Below are positions 46,372 to 56,120 of a stretch of DNA of 64,000 nt, in pieces. The translations under genes were made by a program, and so were the position numbers. This stretch comes from a virus: positions 12,277-76,276 of the IMG/VR virus record IMGVR_UViG_3300025853_000058. One strand, given 5' to 3'. The notes beneath the pieces are model-generated. The model did not search any database. It was not told the origin of the DNA and was given only the letters and a program-made list of their open reading frames with translations. Positions within the stretch are counted from its first letter, which is position 1. Each line of letters opens with the position of its first letter.

Positions 46372-47031
46372 ATGACTATAACCCGCAAACGATGTGCCTT
46401 TTGTCAGCACGAACAAAGAGAAGAACTTGAAGCGGCCATTGAGCAAGGCATGGCAAGTTGTGACGATTTAGATTCAAGAAACAATTGGAGAAGTGGTACT
46501 GCGGCCCAACATCAAAGAAATCACATGGGAGAATACACAAACAGTAGTAATCCAAAATGCAAGTTGTGTACCGACCCTATGAGAAAACACTACGAAGAAG
46601 CCCTTTCCAACGGTAATATTACAACTGAGGCTATTTCTTCCGTCCTAGACCTCTCAAAAACACAGGTGCAACGCCACATGAAGCACCACTTGGCCCCATT
46701 GGTACAGCAATCTGCGGCCACCATGATAGCGAAAAAGGAAGTAAATGAGATTGATTTGCTGAGTACGAATGTTCAACGATTAGATGACAAATTAAATGAA
46801 CTATTCCTTAATACAGAATTAGAACCAAGAGAGATTGATAGTCTTACTAAACTCGCAAAAGAAGTACGGGAGTCGCTAAAGTACCTTCTTGAGTTCAAAG
46901 GCAAACTTATTCACAAGCGACAAGATACAATTATTGTCGCACAAATGCAGGTTGTTCAAGAAGTGTTAGCACAGAACAATCCTGAGATTTGGCTCGATAT
47001 TAAGAAAAAGATGCAGGAGAGATTACAATGA
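46372..47031 (+). CDS. duplicated CxxC/HTH protein, putative terminase small subunit
   Basis: CAFCQH..REELE.AI..G...H...H and CKLC..P.R...E.AL..G...RH..HH repeats plus coiled coil; late region. Confidence 0.5.
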   Translation: MTITRKRCAFCQHEQREELEAAIEQGMASCDDLDSRNNWRSGTAAQHQRNHMGEYTNSSNPKCKLCTDPMRKHYEEALSNGNITTEAISSVLDLSKTQVQRHMKHHLAPLVQQSAATMIAKKEVNEIDLLSTNVQRLDDKLNELFLNTELEPREIDSLTKLAKEVRESLKYLLEFKGKLIHKRQDTIIVAQMQVVQEVLAQNNPEIWLDIKKKMQERLQ

Positions 47032-47228
47032 GTTGGAAAGAAGAAATTAAGAAAGAAGATTCAAAGACGAGTTTAGAAAGTTTGTTGCGAGAGATAAATA
47101 GAGATATGCAAAACCTTGACTCAAATCCCGAAAAAGAATATAATTCAAGAATTATTAAAATTAAAATGTCAAGTTATAAGGAACAAGTAGAAAGAATTTT
47201 ACAAAAAATGCAGGAGAGATTACAATGA
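47028..47228 (+). CDS. cassette ORF 1 (MSWKEEIKK...MQERLQ)
   Basis: Lies between junction repeats. Confidence 0.7.
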   Translation: MSWKEEIKKEDSKTSLESLLREINRDMQNLDSNPEKEYNSRIIKIKMSSYKEQVERILQKMQERLQ

Positions 47229-47506
47229 GTTGGAAAGAAGAAATTAAAAAACAGCCCGAACCCAAACATAAGTTTAGAGGTGGAAGTGCAGAATGCAAAC
47301 AATGTAAAAACTTCTTTCCTTCTTCTACAAGAGAAAGTTCTCAAGAAGTCAAAGATAACTATAAATCTATGATGCAAACAGGAATGTGTAAGAAGTGTTT
47401 AGATAAGAGAATAGAGCGTAGCAAAGACACTACTACTGAATGGCCTATTGATAGGTTCGGTAATATGAAAGGACAGTGGCCTTCAAGAAGTAAGTTTAAC
47501 AACTAA
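47225..47506 (+). CDS. cassette ORF 2, zinc finger
   Basis: MSWKEEIKK; CKQC...CKKC. Confidence 0.7.
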   Translation: MSWKEEIKKQPEPKHKFRGGSAECKQCKNFFPSSTRESSQEVKDNYKSMMQTGMCKKCLDKRIERSKDTTTEWPIDRFGNMKGQWPSRSKFNN

Positions 47507-47518
47507 GGAGAGATTACA

Positions 47519-47821
47519 ATGAAATGGGAAGATATATTGAAAGAAGAAAAGAGAAGTGCAGAAGAAATTCTATCGGACTTAGCCGTAGATATGGCCTTTG
47601 GCGAGAATGATTTAGACGATGTGGCTAGAAATTTTAAAAGAAAGGGGTTCAAAACTTCTTTGGAATCTAATGAAATGATTAGTCTTTCCAAGAATGGAAA
47701 GTTGATTGGAACAATTGTGTTCAATATGCCTTTGGATGAAAAAGGCTACCATGACGACCCAATAGAGGATATTTTAATGGGCGAAGAGGAAAGAAAAAAT
47801 ACTCTTGAAATGTTAGGTTGA
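47519..47821 (+). CDS. cassette ORF 3
   Basis: MKWEDILKEE. Confidence 0.7.
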   Translation: MKWEDILKEEKRSAEEILSDLAVDMAFGENDLDDVARNFKRKGFKTSLESNEMISLSKNGKLIGTIVFNMPLDEKGYHDDPIEDILMGEEERKNTLEMLG

Positions 47822-47837
47822 TGCAGGAGAGATTACA

Positions 47838-48098
47838 ATGAGTTGGAAAGATATAATTAAAGAAGAAAGATATTTAAATCCAAAGGCTAAATCATTTGAA
47901 CGCCGTTTTGGTGCTGATAATAATATGAAATTTATTATACAACAAAGGAATTTTTTAGAAGATACTTCTGCATTAACAAAAGAGCAGAAATTAAAATTGT
48001 TTGATGCTCTTGATGCTATGCGGCCCTTTGTTGGAAGAGATGATTTTTACGCAAAATACATAAAACCTTATCTTGAGATGCAGGAGAGATTACAATGA
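47838..48098 (+). CDS. cassette ORF 4
   Basis: MSWKDIIKEE...MQERLQ. Confidence 0.7.
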   Translation: MSWKDIIKEERYLNPKAKSFERRFGADNNMKFIIQQRNFLEDTSALTKEQKLKLFDALDAMRPFVGRDDFYAKYIKPYLEMQERLQ

Positions 48099-48466
48099 GT
48101 TGGAAAAATATATTGAAAGAAGAAAGAAACGAATATTCACAAAAAGATATTCTATTTCAAATAAACGAAATACCTTATGGGCAAACCACCGAACACGGCC
48201 CATTAGTCAGTGCTACTATTGATAGAGATGAATTAAGATTCGGTGTAGAGCAATCGGTAATAGGTAAAGTCATTAAATTACTGAAAGAGAATAAAAACGC
48301 TTACGAGAGGTTTGATAAAAAAATGAGAGATAATTCTTATTCAATACTTGTTCGATATTCTAAGGATTTGGAAGAATCCGATGAACAATATGTTAAATTA
48401 GATAGGCTATTAAAACAAATAGTGGCTATTCTTAAAAGTTCTAAATACACTAAGAAGGTAATGTAA
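48095..48466 (+). CDS. cassette ORF 5
   Basis: MSWKNILKEE. Confidence 0.7.
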   Translation: MSWKNILKEERNEYSQKDILFQINEIPYGQTTEHGPLVSATIDRDELRFGVEQSVIGKVIKLLKENKNAYERFDKKMRDNSYSILVRYSKDLEESDEQYVKLDRLLKQIVAILKSSKYTKKVM

Positions 48467-48500
48467 TTATTTTGGAGAAATAATTACAGGAGAGATTACT

Positions 48501-50462
48501 ATGATTCCCGAACCTAGTATCTTTTTTACTTGGCTTTCAGAAGAAAGCACAGTGAAAATTATCCTTGCTGGTAAAAAGGATGAAACACTTGGAACAAAAA
48601 ACCAAGCATGGTTAAAAAAAATAATAAATGAATTTGAATATGTTAATACTGTTAGTCAATTTTTTAATGAGTTAAAGAATTCATCAAACAATGATGCTCA
48701 AAAGATGTGGTTAGACTATACAAAATTGAATAGTAAACTTTCTGGTAAAGACGCTAAGAAAAATTTAAGAAAAAAACTCTTTGATAATTTTAATAGAGTT
48801 GCTGATTCCATTTCAAGGACTCAATACAGAAAAACATTCCAAGAATCAAAAAAAATTACTTTAGAGAATCCAAATAAGTCTAACCTAGAACAATTTTTCA
48901 ATAAGATTGCCGAACAACTTAAATTATCTTCACCGACTATTAGATACCCTTATGGTGAAAGACTCTCTAGATTATTTAGTAATGCTAAAGGCTTTCCAAG
49001 AGAGCAAAGAACTAAGGTATATTCTGCTTTTGTGAAAGAATTTACCTCAGATAATTCTGTGGATAATTTTTTAAATGTAAAAAACCCTACATTTGGTCAT
49101 GTTTTGTTCTCTTTTTTTCTAAGTGAAGAATCTGGTATTAATAGCATAAGTGGATTTACTAAAGGAAGAGGTAAAGTTTTAACAGAAACAGGAACAAGTT
49201 CTTTAGAACTAGAAGTTTGGAGAAAAGTAGAGAGTTCTAGAGTAAAAAGTATAGAACTCCCTAAAAAATTAAAAGATGTTATTCGTAAAAAAGATATAAC
49301 TTTGAGAACTTTTAGGCAAGAGTCTTTATTAGATAGACTTTTGCTAGATAGAGATACAAAATCTGCAAAATTAGATGAAGTTTCTGCTCAAGAATTGGAA
49401 ACTAAGGAATATGATGCTAAAACAGGTTTAACTTCTCAAGATTTAGACAATTATTTTCACATTATGATGCACTATGTTGATAAAAAGGCAAAAGTTAGGC
49501 GTTTAGCACTGGTTCCTCGCTTAAATTCAGTAAATATGGATAAAGTCGTAACATTTGGCAATAATAAATCCATTAGAACTTTACCTTTTATTAAATCTTT
49601 ATTAGTTTTGCCAAATACTAACAGATTATTTGAAAATTCAGCGAAGGATTTGTTGTCAAGTGGCTCTTTTAGTGTAGAACAGTTTGAAAACTACTTTAAA
49701 ACTAAAAACCCTAAATATAATAAGTTTAACGATACTGAAAGGGACGGTATGCTTAGAGAATTTAGAACAATAAGACAGGAATCCGAGCAAAAATTAAAAA
49801 TTCAACAGAATTTGATTATACCCAAAGAATATTTATTGGGTGAAACCTTAGATGAAGAAGAACAAGAACTGCTTAATAGCATGGATAAGATAGGTGACTC
49901 TTACTTAGCCACCACTAGAGAACAAAAAGAACTATATAGTGACTTAAAAGCAGACTTCGACAGAAAACAATCTAAGAACTCTTTCGCAATTGACTACAAT
50001 ACTGACCAAATTACAGAACTTTCCATTGTTTCTATGATAGAACTTGCTAGAAAAAAGACCTCTAGCCTCAAAGATTTATTAAATATTAGAGATTTAAGGC
50101 AGTTTGAAGGTAAATCAGTGTCTAAGGCAGAAGCCATGATTATATCATTGTTTATAATTAATAAGATATTAGGGGTAAATATTGATAAAGAGGTGCAAAA
50201 AATTGACTCTTTGCTACCGGACTCCGCACAACCCTTAAGCGGTGGTACTCAATCCTTAGAACAAGCCGTTAATTCGTTAGCGAACAAGGTCGAAACTAAC
50301 TTAAAACTGTTTCAAACTCAATATATTAAAGCATTAGAACAGCATTTGGTTAGTATTGTTCAAAATAAAGACAAATATGCAGGTATTTTAACAGGTAAAA
50401 CCGCAGAACAACTAATAAAAGAAGGGCTATTAATAGAAAAAGGGGGTGAAAATGATGTATGA
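48501..50462 (+). CDS. large helical hypothetical protein (possible internal virion protein)
   Basis: 653-aa ORF in the late arm. Confidence 0.6.
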   Translation: MIPEPSIFFTWLSEESTVKIILAGKKDETLGTKNQAWLKKIINEFEYVNTVSQFFNELKNSSNNDAQKMWLDYTKLNSKLSGKDAKKNLRKKLFDNFNRVADSISRTQYRKTFQESKKITLENPNKSNLEQFFNKIAEQLKLSSPTIRYPYGERLSRLFSNAKGFPREQRTKVYSAFVKEFTSDNSVDNFLNVKNPTFGHVLFSFFLSEESGINSISGFTKGRGKVLTETGTSSLELEVWRKVESSRVKSIELPKKLKDVIRKKDITLRTFRQESLLDRLLLDRDTKSAKLDEVSAQELETKEYDAKTGLTSQDLDNYFHIMMHYVDKKAKVRRLALVPRLNSVNMDKVVTFGNNKSIRTLPFIKSLLVLPNTNRLFENSAKDLLSSGSFSVEQFENYFKTKNPKYNKFNDTERDGMLREFRTIRQESEQKLKIQQNLIIPKEYLLGETLDEEEQELLNSMDKIGDSYLATTREQKELYSDLKADFDRKQSKNSFAIDYNTDQITELSIVSMIELARKKTSSLKDLLNIRDLRQFEGKSVSKAEAMIISLFIINKILGVNIDKEVQKIDSLLPDSAQPLSGGTQSLEQAVNSLANKVETNLKLFQTQYIKALEQHLVSIVQNKDKYAGILTGKTAEQLIKEGLLIEKGGENDV

Positions 50463-53040
50463 GAACCTAGAAAAGTACCTAAATGACTATGAAAAGACAC
50501 TAAAAAGTCGAAAATATAAGGCTTTATATACAAAATATGCATCAAATCTTTCCACTCTTAACGCCAATCTTAGTGAATTTGTCAGTGATTTGAGAGAAGA
50601 AGACTTAATGAATGATGATTTTAATAATCTAAGCAGGTCAGAAAAAAGAAGTATTATGAATAAAATGAAGTCTGAGATAAAAAGATTTTATTCTAAAGAA
50701 TCCCCTGTTAAACCAGCCCAATCAACTGCAACTGCATCAATAAATGTACTAAATGAGTTTTTAAGAAAAAACCCTATAAGGACTTTGCTCAGTAGTTCTA
50801 TTGTTAAATACAGTGGTAAAAAAATAGATGCTAACTCTTTAGCAAGTCCTGATTTTAACCCTAATAATTTATCCGTTAGAAAGCCAAAGGAATTAGAAGT
50901 TCCTGAAATTAAAGAAGCAATTAATAACTTTTTGAAAAATCCAGCGACTAAAGAATCACTTTTGAATATTAATGATTATGTTGAAGATAATTTAAGAAAA
51001 CTAATTAGAGAGTTATCTGATTTAGTTAAGGATAACAAAATATTAATCCAAGATGTTGAAATTTTAGGAGATTTTGACCTTAATTTAAAAACAATATTTA
51101 ACGACAGAACATTAAGAAGTTTTGATAAAAGGTCAGAAACATATAATTATTGGCGAGGAATATTTGGTAGAATTGATAATAAACTAATTCCAACTCTCAA
51201 AAAATTATCAGCCGAGTTAGAAAAAACTAATTCTGAAGAAAAAGCATTAGTTGATATGAAAAGGTTTCTCGATGGCGACATTAGTGATTTAAATTATGTT
51301 TCTAAATATGAATACTCTATGGTGGGAGTTAAAGACTTAGATGTTTTGGCTTGGGAATTATTTTCAAGGTATTTAACTTTGATTGGTGGAATAATGGAAT
51401 CCACCAAAAATAGAAATCCTACTGAAGCCATAAGAGGTTTTGTTCGTGATGCAAATAGGGCCGCAGTTGCAAGTGGCGACCAACGAGAAGATGAAGATTA
51501 TGATGAAGCAACGGGTGAAAGGTTAGAAGACATTGCTAATGACCGAGTTAAGGAGTTTAGAAATGATATGGAACAGCAACCTATGGACCCATTAGCAATA
51601 ATTTACTTGGATGAAGTTTTAGAAGGAGTAGGTACGGTTTCTGGAAATGTGGTTTCATTAAAAAACAAAATGCGAAAATATTTTGACGACCTCTATGAAA
51701 ATAATGATAAGCCTAAATTAGAAGAAGACGATGCTGAGGCTTTCTTTGAAGACTTCTTGAAAAGGATAGAAAACATTGACAGTGACATAGATGTAAATAA
51801 AATTTATCTTCCTTTAGAAATGGCTTCAAGGCAGTCACTTGAAATACATTACAAAAATATGCAAGATAAGTTAAGCAGAAGCAAAGACACTATTGATGAT
51901 TTTTTAAGATTGTTTAAGTCTTTTATAGAACTAAACCCTATTACCTTTGATTCTAATATTTCATTAGATATGTTAGGAGCAGGTACAGGTGGAAAAAAAT
52001 TACCGAGTGAACAATCAGGAAGATGGTTTAATTATAGTAAATACAAATCTGGTAAAACGGGTTCTTTAAGAACAGCATTTTCTGGAAATGATAAAGAAGC
52101 CGATAAAATTAATGAAAACATTAACAATTTAATTAATGAAATTTCTGAAATTTTAGCGGAAGTTTTTATTGCACCTCAATTCACAAGACACCGAGTAGGT
52201 ACAACTCTACACTTTCAAGGGGATGCTACATTAAGAACTGTGGTTGCATATAAAGTTAGTTCACCTAAATTTGATACTGTTAGAACAATCAACAAAAGAT
52301 TTATCGAACAGAAGTTTTTCTTGGAAAGTGAAGACATAGATGAGATTATTGATTTCTTAGAACAGTTATCAGGTTCTAAGGCTATTAATCAATATAGTGA
52401 GTTATATACTGCCGCAGAAAATTTTGCAAGTACCTTAAGAGATTCTTTTGGAAATAAAGAAAGCATCAATGAACAAATAAATAAAGATGTTGCTTCTATA
52501 TTAGGTTCTGTTTATCGCTATGTTTCTAAAGAATACAAAGACAAATATCCAGACTTAGATGAATTTGAGGGTATTGATGTAAGTAAGTCATTTGAATCAA
52601 GAAAAACAGACGACCCTTTGGATATGTACCCTGTTCAAGCCTTTACTGAATTAATACGAAGTAGGGGAAAAAACCTACCTTTTAGAACTGAAACATCTCA
52701 AGGCGAAAAATTCTATAATGCTAAGGATAATAAAGGTGTGGTTAGAATGCTCAGTTTAATGGACCGTTTAGTTAAAAGTGATTTCCAACAAAAGCAATTA
52801 GAAGCACATGACACTATAAGAATATTAAAATCACAACCGATTCACTATGCTCTTAAGAGATTAAATGATTTTGACCATGTAAATGACATGATTGAAAAGA
52901 TGGAAAAAGAACATAATATTGATATGAGTGCTAGTGAAATAATTTCAATTGTAAATAAAATAGATTCTTATGAAAGTATTGCTAATGATTACGGAATTAG
53001 TTCAGACCATGTATATGTCTTAAAAGCCAACTTTAGGTGA
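50446..53040 (+). CDS. large hypothetical protein with C-terminal HTH-like segment
   Basis: 864 aa; SYESIANDYGISSDHVY. Confidence 0.6.
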   Translation: MKMMYENLEKYLNDYEKTLKSRKYKALYTKYASNLSTLNANLSEFVSDLREEDLMNDDFNNLSRSEKRSIMNKMKSEIKRFYSKESPVKPAQSTATASINVLNEFLRKNPIRTLLSSSIVKYSGKKIDANSLASPDFNPNNLSVRKPKELEVPEIKEAINNFLKNPATKESLLNINDYVEDNLRKLIRELSDLVKDNKILIQDVEILGDFDLNLKTIFNDRTLRSFDKRSETYNYWRGIFGRIDNKLIPTLKKLSAELEKTNSEEKALVDMKRFLDGDISDLNYVSKYEYSMVGVKDLDVLAWELFSRYLTLIGGIMESTKNRNPTEAIRGFVRDANRAAVASGDQREDEDYDEATGERLEDIANDRVKEFRNDMEQQPMDPLAIIYLDEVLEGVGTVSGNVVSLKNKMRKYFDDLYENNDKPKLEEDDAEAFFEDFLKRIENIDSDIDVNKIYLPLEMASRQSLEIHYKNMQDKLSRSKDTIDDFLRLFKSFIELNPITFDSNISLDMLGAGTGGKKLPSEQSGRWFNYSKYKSGKTGSLRTAFSGNDKEADKINENINNLINEISEILAEVFIAPQFTRHRVGTTLHFQGDATLRTVVAYKVSSPKFDTVRTINKRFIEQKFFLESEDIDEIIDFLEQLSGSKAINQYSELYTAAENFASTLRDSFGNKESINEQINKDVASILGSVYRYVSKEYKDKYPDLDEFEGIDVSKSFESRKTDDPLDMYPVQAFTELIRSRGKNLPFRTETSQGEKFYNAKDNKGVVRMLSLMDRLVKSDFQQKQLEAHDTIRILKSQPIHYALKRLNDFDHVNDMIEKMEKEHNIDMSASEIISIVNKIDSYESIANDYGISSDHVYVLKANFR

Positions 53041-53044
53041 TGAT

Positions 53045-53827
53045 ATGAAGAAGCAGGGTGCTAGGGTTTTAGACCAAGTATTTTCATATCAAGGTATGCA
53101 AAACCAATGGAACAGCGATAATCCCGAAGAAGAGTATGTTAGAAATATCCCGTCTTGGTATGAATTAGACAAATGGTTAATCCGTGTTGATGGTAATAAT
53201 AAAGTAATCGCAACAATTGGTTGGAAAGAATACGATACATACCTTGTTTTAGGTGGACTTAAATCCATACAAAAGAGAAAAATACCTAAAAGAAATGCAG
53301 ATGATTTATATGCTGCTAGAGATGCTAAATTACCAGATAAACCAAAAGTTATGGGATTCCGACCTAAAGGAAATATAAATTCTTGGATAGACAGATATAG
53401 AGGCAAAGGATTCACAGTTCAAAAAGATGTGGATGAAAATAACGAAGTAATAAACTTAATTCCTGAAAGTGTTCAAGAAGATTTCGAATCGAGATATGAA
53501 GGCAATTGGGCAGTAAAGAAGTGGTTTGATATGTTAAGAAAAACAAACCCCGATGCTGTTCTAAAAGCAAGGTCGAAGTCAGATATGGTATGGGTTAAAT
53601 TTGGTAATGCTATCATGCAAGATGAGATACCTTTTAGACAACCAAAAAAATATGTAAAGTATTCTAACTTAGGAAAAGATAACAAAAGAGCGATACGGTT
53701 CTATTTAGAAACAGGTTTAGCCAAACCTAAAAGAAGAAATAAATTCTACCAAAACATACAAGAAGAAATGCTTCGTGGAAGTAATGTTCGATACGATGTT
53801 GAAGACCAAAGTAAAGGTGATAGATAA
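53045..53827 (+). CDS. hypothetical protein, possible GNAT-like N-terminal domain
   Basis: WLIRVDG..VIATIGW...LVLGGL; internal KKWFDMLRK motif. Confidence 0.5.
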   Translation: MKKQGARVLDQVFSYQGMQNQWNSDNPEEEYVRNIPSWYELDKWLIRVDGNNKVIATIGWKEYDTYLVLGGLKSIQKRKIPKRNADDLYAARDAKLPDKPKVMGFRPKGNINSWIDRYRGKGFTVQKDVDENNEVINLIPESVQEDFESRYEGNWAVKKWFDMLRKTNPDAVLKARSKSDMVWVKFGNAIMQDEIPFRQPKKYVKYSNLGKDNKRAIRFYLETGLAKPKRRNKFYQNIQEEMLRGSNVRYDVEDQSKGDR

Positions 53828-54207
53828 TGACTGAACTTTGGTTTGAAGAACTTAAAAAGAAACAGGATGCCTGTTATCATAAAGTAAAGAGCCGATATAA
53901 GAAATGGCCTTCTGCTTATGCTTCTGGTGCTTTAGTTCGTTGCCGTAAAGTTGGTGCAAAGAATTGGGGCAATTCTGTAAAGAAAGGCGGAGATAATTTC
54001 AAAAGAGAAAAAGAATCGGGACTACACGGTTGGTTCTCAAGAAGAGGCGGAGATGGACAAAAGGGTTGGGTTTCTTGTCAATCATGTGAAGATGATAAGA
54101 AAGGAACAAAACCTTGTGGAAGACAAGATGCTTCTAAAGGAACTAAACAAAGATGTAGGCCGACTTGTTCCGCTTGTAAAACATACAAAAGGAGGAAAGG
54201 AGCATGA
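53827..54207 (+). CDS. basic Cys-containing protein with WFEELK leader
   Basis: DACYHKVKSRYKKWPSAYASGALVRCRK; L.GWF...WV...KPCGR. Confidence 0.7.
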   Translation: MTELWFEELKKKQDACYHKVKSRYKKWPSAYASGALVRCRKVGAKNWGNSVKKGGDNFKREKESGLHGWFSRRGGDGQKGWVSCQSCEDDKKGTKPCGRQDASKGTKQRCRPTCSACKTYKRRKGA

Positions 54208-54521
54208 ATTGGAAAGAAATATTAAAGGCAGAAGACGAGAAAGCCCATTGTGGTACTCATAAAGATGATGAGAAGATGATTAGCGGTGACGAAAAGAAAG
54301 CCGCAAAGAATGATTCTCAAATAGAAAAAGAGATACTTGCAGAAATTAAAAAAGAAGGTGGTGCTTTGGGTATGAAAAATCTTAAAAGTATTGCTGACCG
54401 TAGAACTCTTAATAGAGTGCTCGACGCATTAGTTAGAAGAAAAAAGATTTATATTCACGCTGATGGAGACATTTACACTCACAAACCAAGTAGTAAAAGA
54501 AGGGGGCCATTTACAGCATGA
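54204..54521 (+). CDS. WxxILK-leader protein with wHTH-like C-terminus
   Basis: MNWKEILKA. Confidence 0.7.
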   Translation: MNWKEILKAEDEKAHCGTHKDDEKMISGDEKKAAKNDSQIEKEILAEIKKEGGALGMKNLKSIADRRTLNRVLDALVRRKKIYIHADGDIYTHKPSSKRRGPFTA

Positions 54522-54778
54522 GTTGGAAAACAATATTAAAAGGACTTTCCGAAAAGGAAAAAAACGATACCTCAGCAAAACTTAGGCAAGAACTAATAAA
54601 TGCTAAAGATTTAACAAATCAACAAACAAAAGAAATTAAGAAAAGAATATTAAATTTAAAAAATAAAAGTGACAGTATGTTCCCTTTTGAAGTTCAATAT
54701 CTTAGAGCAAGAATAGCCGGTAAAACAGATATGCAAGCCCTAACTGAAATATATAACAAGAATAAAAGGGGTGACTGA
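54518..54778 (+). CDS. WxxILK-leader protein
   Basis: MSWKTILKG. Confidence 0.7.
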   Translation: MSWKTILKGLSEKEKNDTSAKLRQELINAKDLTNQQTKEIKKRILNLKNKSDSMFPFEVQYLRARIAGKTDMQALTEIYNKNKRGD

Positions 54779-55155
54779 TGGTGGGTTGGGAATATATTTT
54801 AAAGAAGGATTCTGATTATAAAAAAGGAAGAGGGTATAGAAATGCCAGCCCTGAAAAACAGAAAGAAATAGATAGAGTCATGGAAAGGGAGGCTAAAAAG
54901 GCAAAGGCTTTATTAGTACCCCAATTCAAAGCCATGCTAAGAATGACTTTTGGCAAACATGGTAAAGATTCTAAAGAGGTTCAAGAATTGGGTGAAAAGT
55001 TTATGGCTAGTAATCCAACAGAAGAGCAAATAGATGAGATTATGGATTACTTTGAAAAATTAGAGGATAAACCTAAGCCTCGAACTGCTATGGATGAACT
55101 TAGAGAAAAGCAAAAGAGAGCCAAAAAAGAATTAGATTCTAAGAGGGACAGATGA
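54778..55155 (+). CDS. WxxILK-leader protein
   Basis: MVGWEYILKK. Confidence 0.7.
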   Translation: MVGWEYILKKDSDYKKGRGYRNASPEKQKEIDRVMEREAKKAKALLVPQFKAMLRMTFGKHGKDSKEVQELGEKFMASNPTEEQIDEIMDYFEKLEDKPKPRTAMDELREKQKRAKKELDSKRDR

Positions 55156-55424
55156 TGGATGAATGGAAAGAGATTCTCAAATTCAAACGACGATTTAAAA
55201 AGGTCGTCACTAATAAAAGGACAGGTCGAAAGAAAACTGTTAAGTATGGTCAAGCAGGAAAGGCAAAGGATGGCGGAGATAGAATCCGACCGAACACTTC
55301 TAAAGGAGATGCTTACTGTGCAAGGTCGAATAAAATCAAAGGTAATTGGAGAAGTGACCCAAACAGCCCTAACAACTTAAGCCGTAAAAAGTGGAAGTGT
55401 CATGGAAATAAATCAAGTAGGTGA
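55152..55424 (+). CDS. very basic WxxILK-leader protein
   Basis: EWKEILK; TVKYGQAG...KGDAYCARS...SPNNLSRKKWKC. Confidence 0.7.
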   Translation: MMDEWKEILKFKRRFKKVVTNKRTGRKKTVKYGQAGKAKDGGDRIRPNTSKGDAYCARSNKIKGNWRSDPNSPNNLSRKKWKCHGNKSSR

Positions 55425-55429
55425 ATATT

Positions 55430-56116
55430 ATGAATTGGTGGGATATTCTAAAATCTGCTAAGGGTTCCTCTAAGGTTTCCTCTAAAGGAAAAGGTACTTC
55501 ATTTGACGCATCTAAGATTAAAGTCAATATAAAAGATGATGAATCTTGTGTAGAAAAGTTTAATAAAATTTATAAATACATTAATGATGAAATTAATAGA
55601 ATAATTAAAACAACAAACCTACGCTCAGATGTTAACGACTTTGATTACAATAATCACTCAAATGGTTGGATTTGGTTTGCCTTTACTGATAAAGAACTAA
55701 GAGATGCATCTGGTGATAATGAGGAAACTTACAAAGTCCTTGCGGAATTAGAATACATTAATTATGAAGCCGAAAACGAAGAGGCGGCTTGCAAGTCGTT
55801 GAAGAGGATTTCAGAATTAAATACTCGAATGGAAAAGGATAATTATGCAGAGGTAGATGGGTTTTATTTTACAAGAAACTTGAATAATTTGGATATTGCG
55901 AATCGTATGGAGCAACTCATCAACGACAACGACGGCGGCTTAATACAAATGCATTTTAGTATAATAAACCCAAAGGTTCACAAACACTACCGAAAATCAA
56001 TTCAAATGAAACCTTCTTTAAAAGCAGAACTTAAGAAGTTAGCAGATTCTTTTGATAAACTTTTCGATACCGCCATACAAATGGCTAAAGATGCTGTAAG
56101 AGAGAAAGGGTTGTGA
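55430..56116 (+). CDS. DASKIKINID-family variable protein 5
   Basis: MNWWDILKSAK...KGKGTSFDASKIKVNIKDDESC. Confidence 0.75.
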   Translation: MNWWDILKSAKGSSKVSSKGKGTSFDASKIKVNIKDDESCVEKFNKIYKYINDEINRIIKTTNLRSDVNDFDYNNHSNGWIWFAFTDKELRDASGDNEETYKVLAELEYINYEAENEEAACKSLKRISELNTRMEKDNYAEVDGFYFTRNLNNLDIANRMEQLINDNDGGLIQMHFSIINPKVHKHYRKSIQMKPSLKAELKKLADSFDKLFDTAIQMAKDAVREKGL

Positions 56117-56120
56117 TTTT

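Larger units (their letters stand above)
47011..48503 (+). repeat. six copies of the junction (ATGC)AGGAGAGATTAC(A)ATG separating five small ORFs
   Basis: Copies at 47011, 47208 (40 bp identical to the first), 47506, 47821, 48078, 48487. Confidence 0.9.

Noticed and set aside
47011-48503. CRISPR array
   Set aside because: The intervals are 160-400 bp intact ORFs, not 30-40 nt spacers. The repeat is a non-palindromic SD/start junction, and there is no cas operon.
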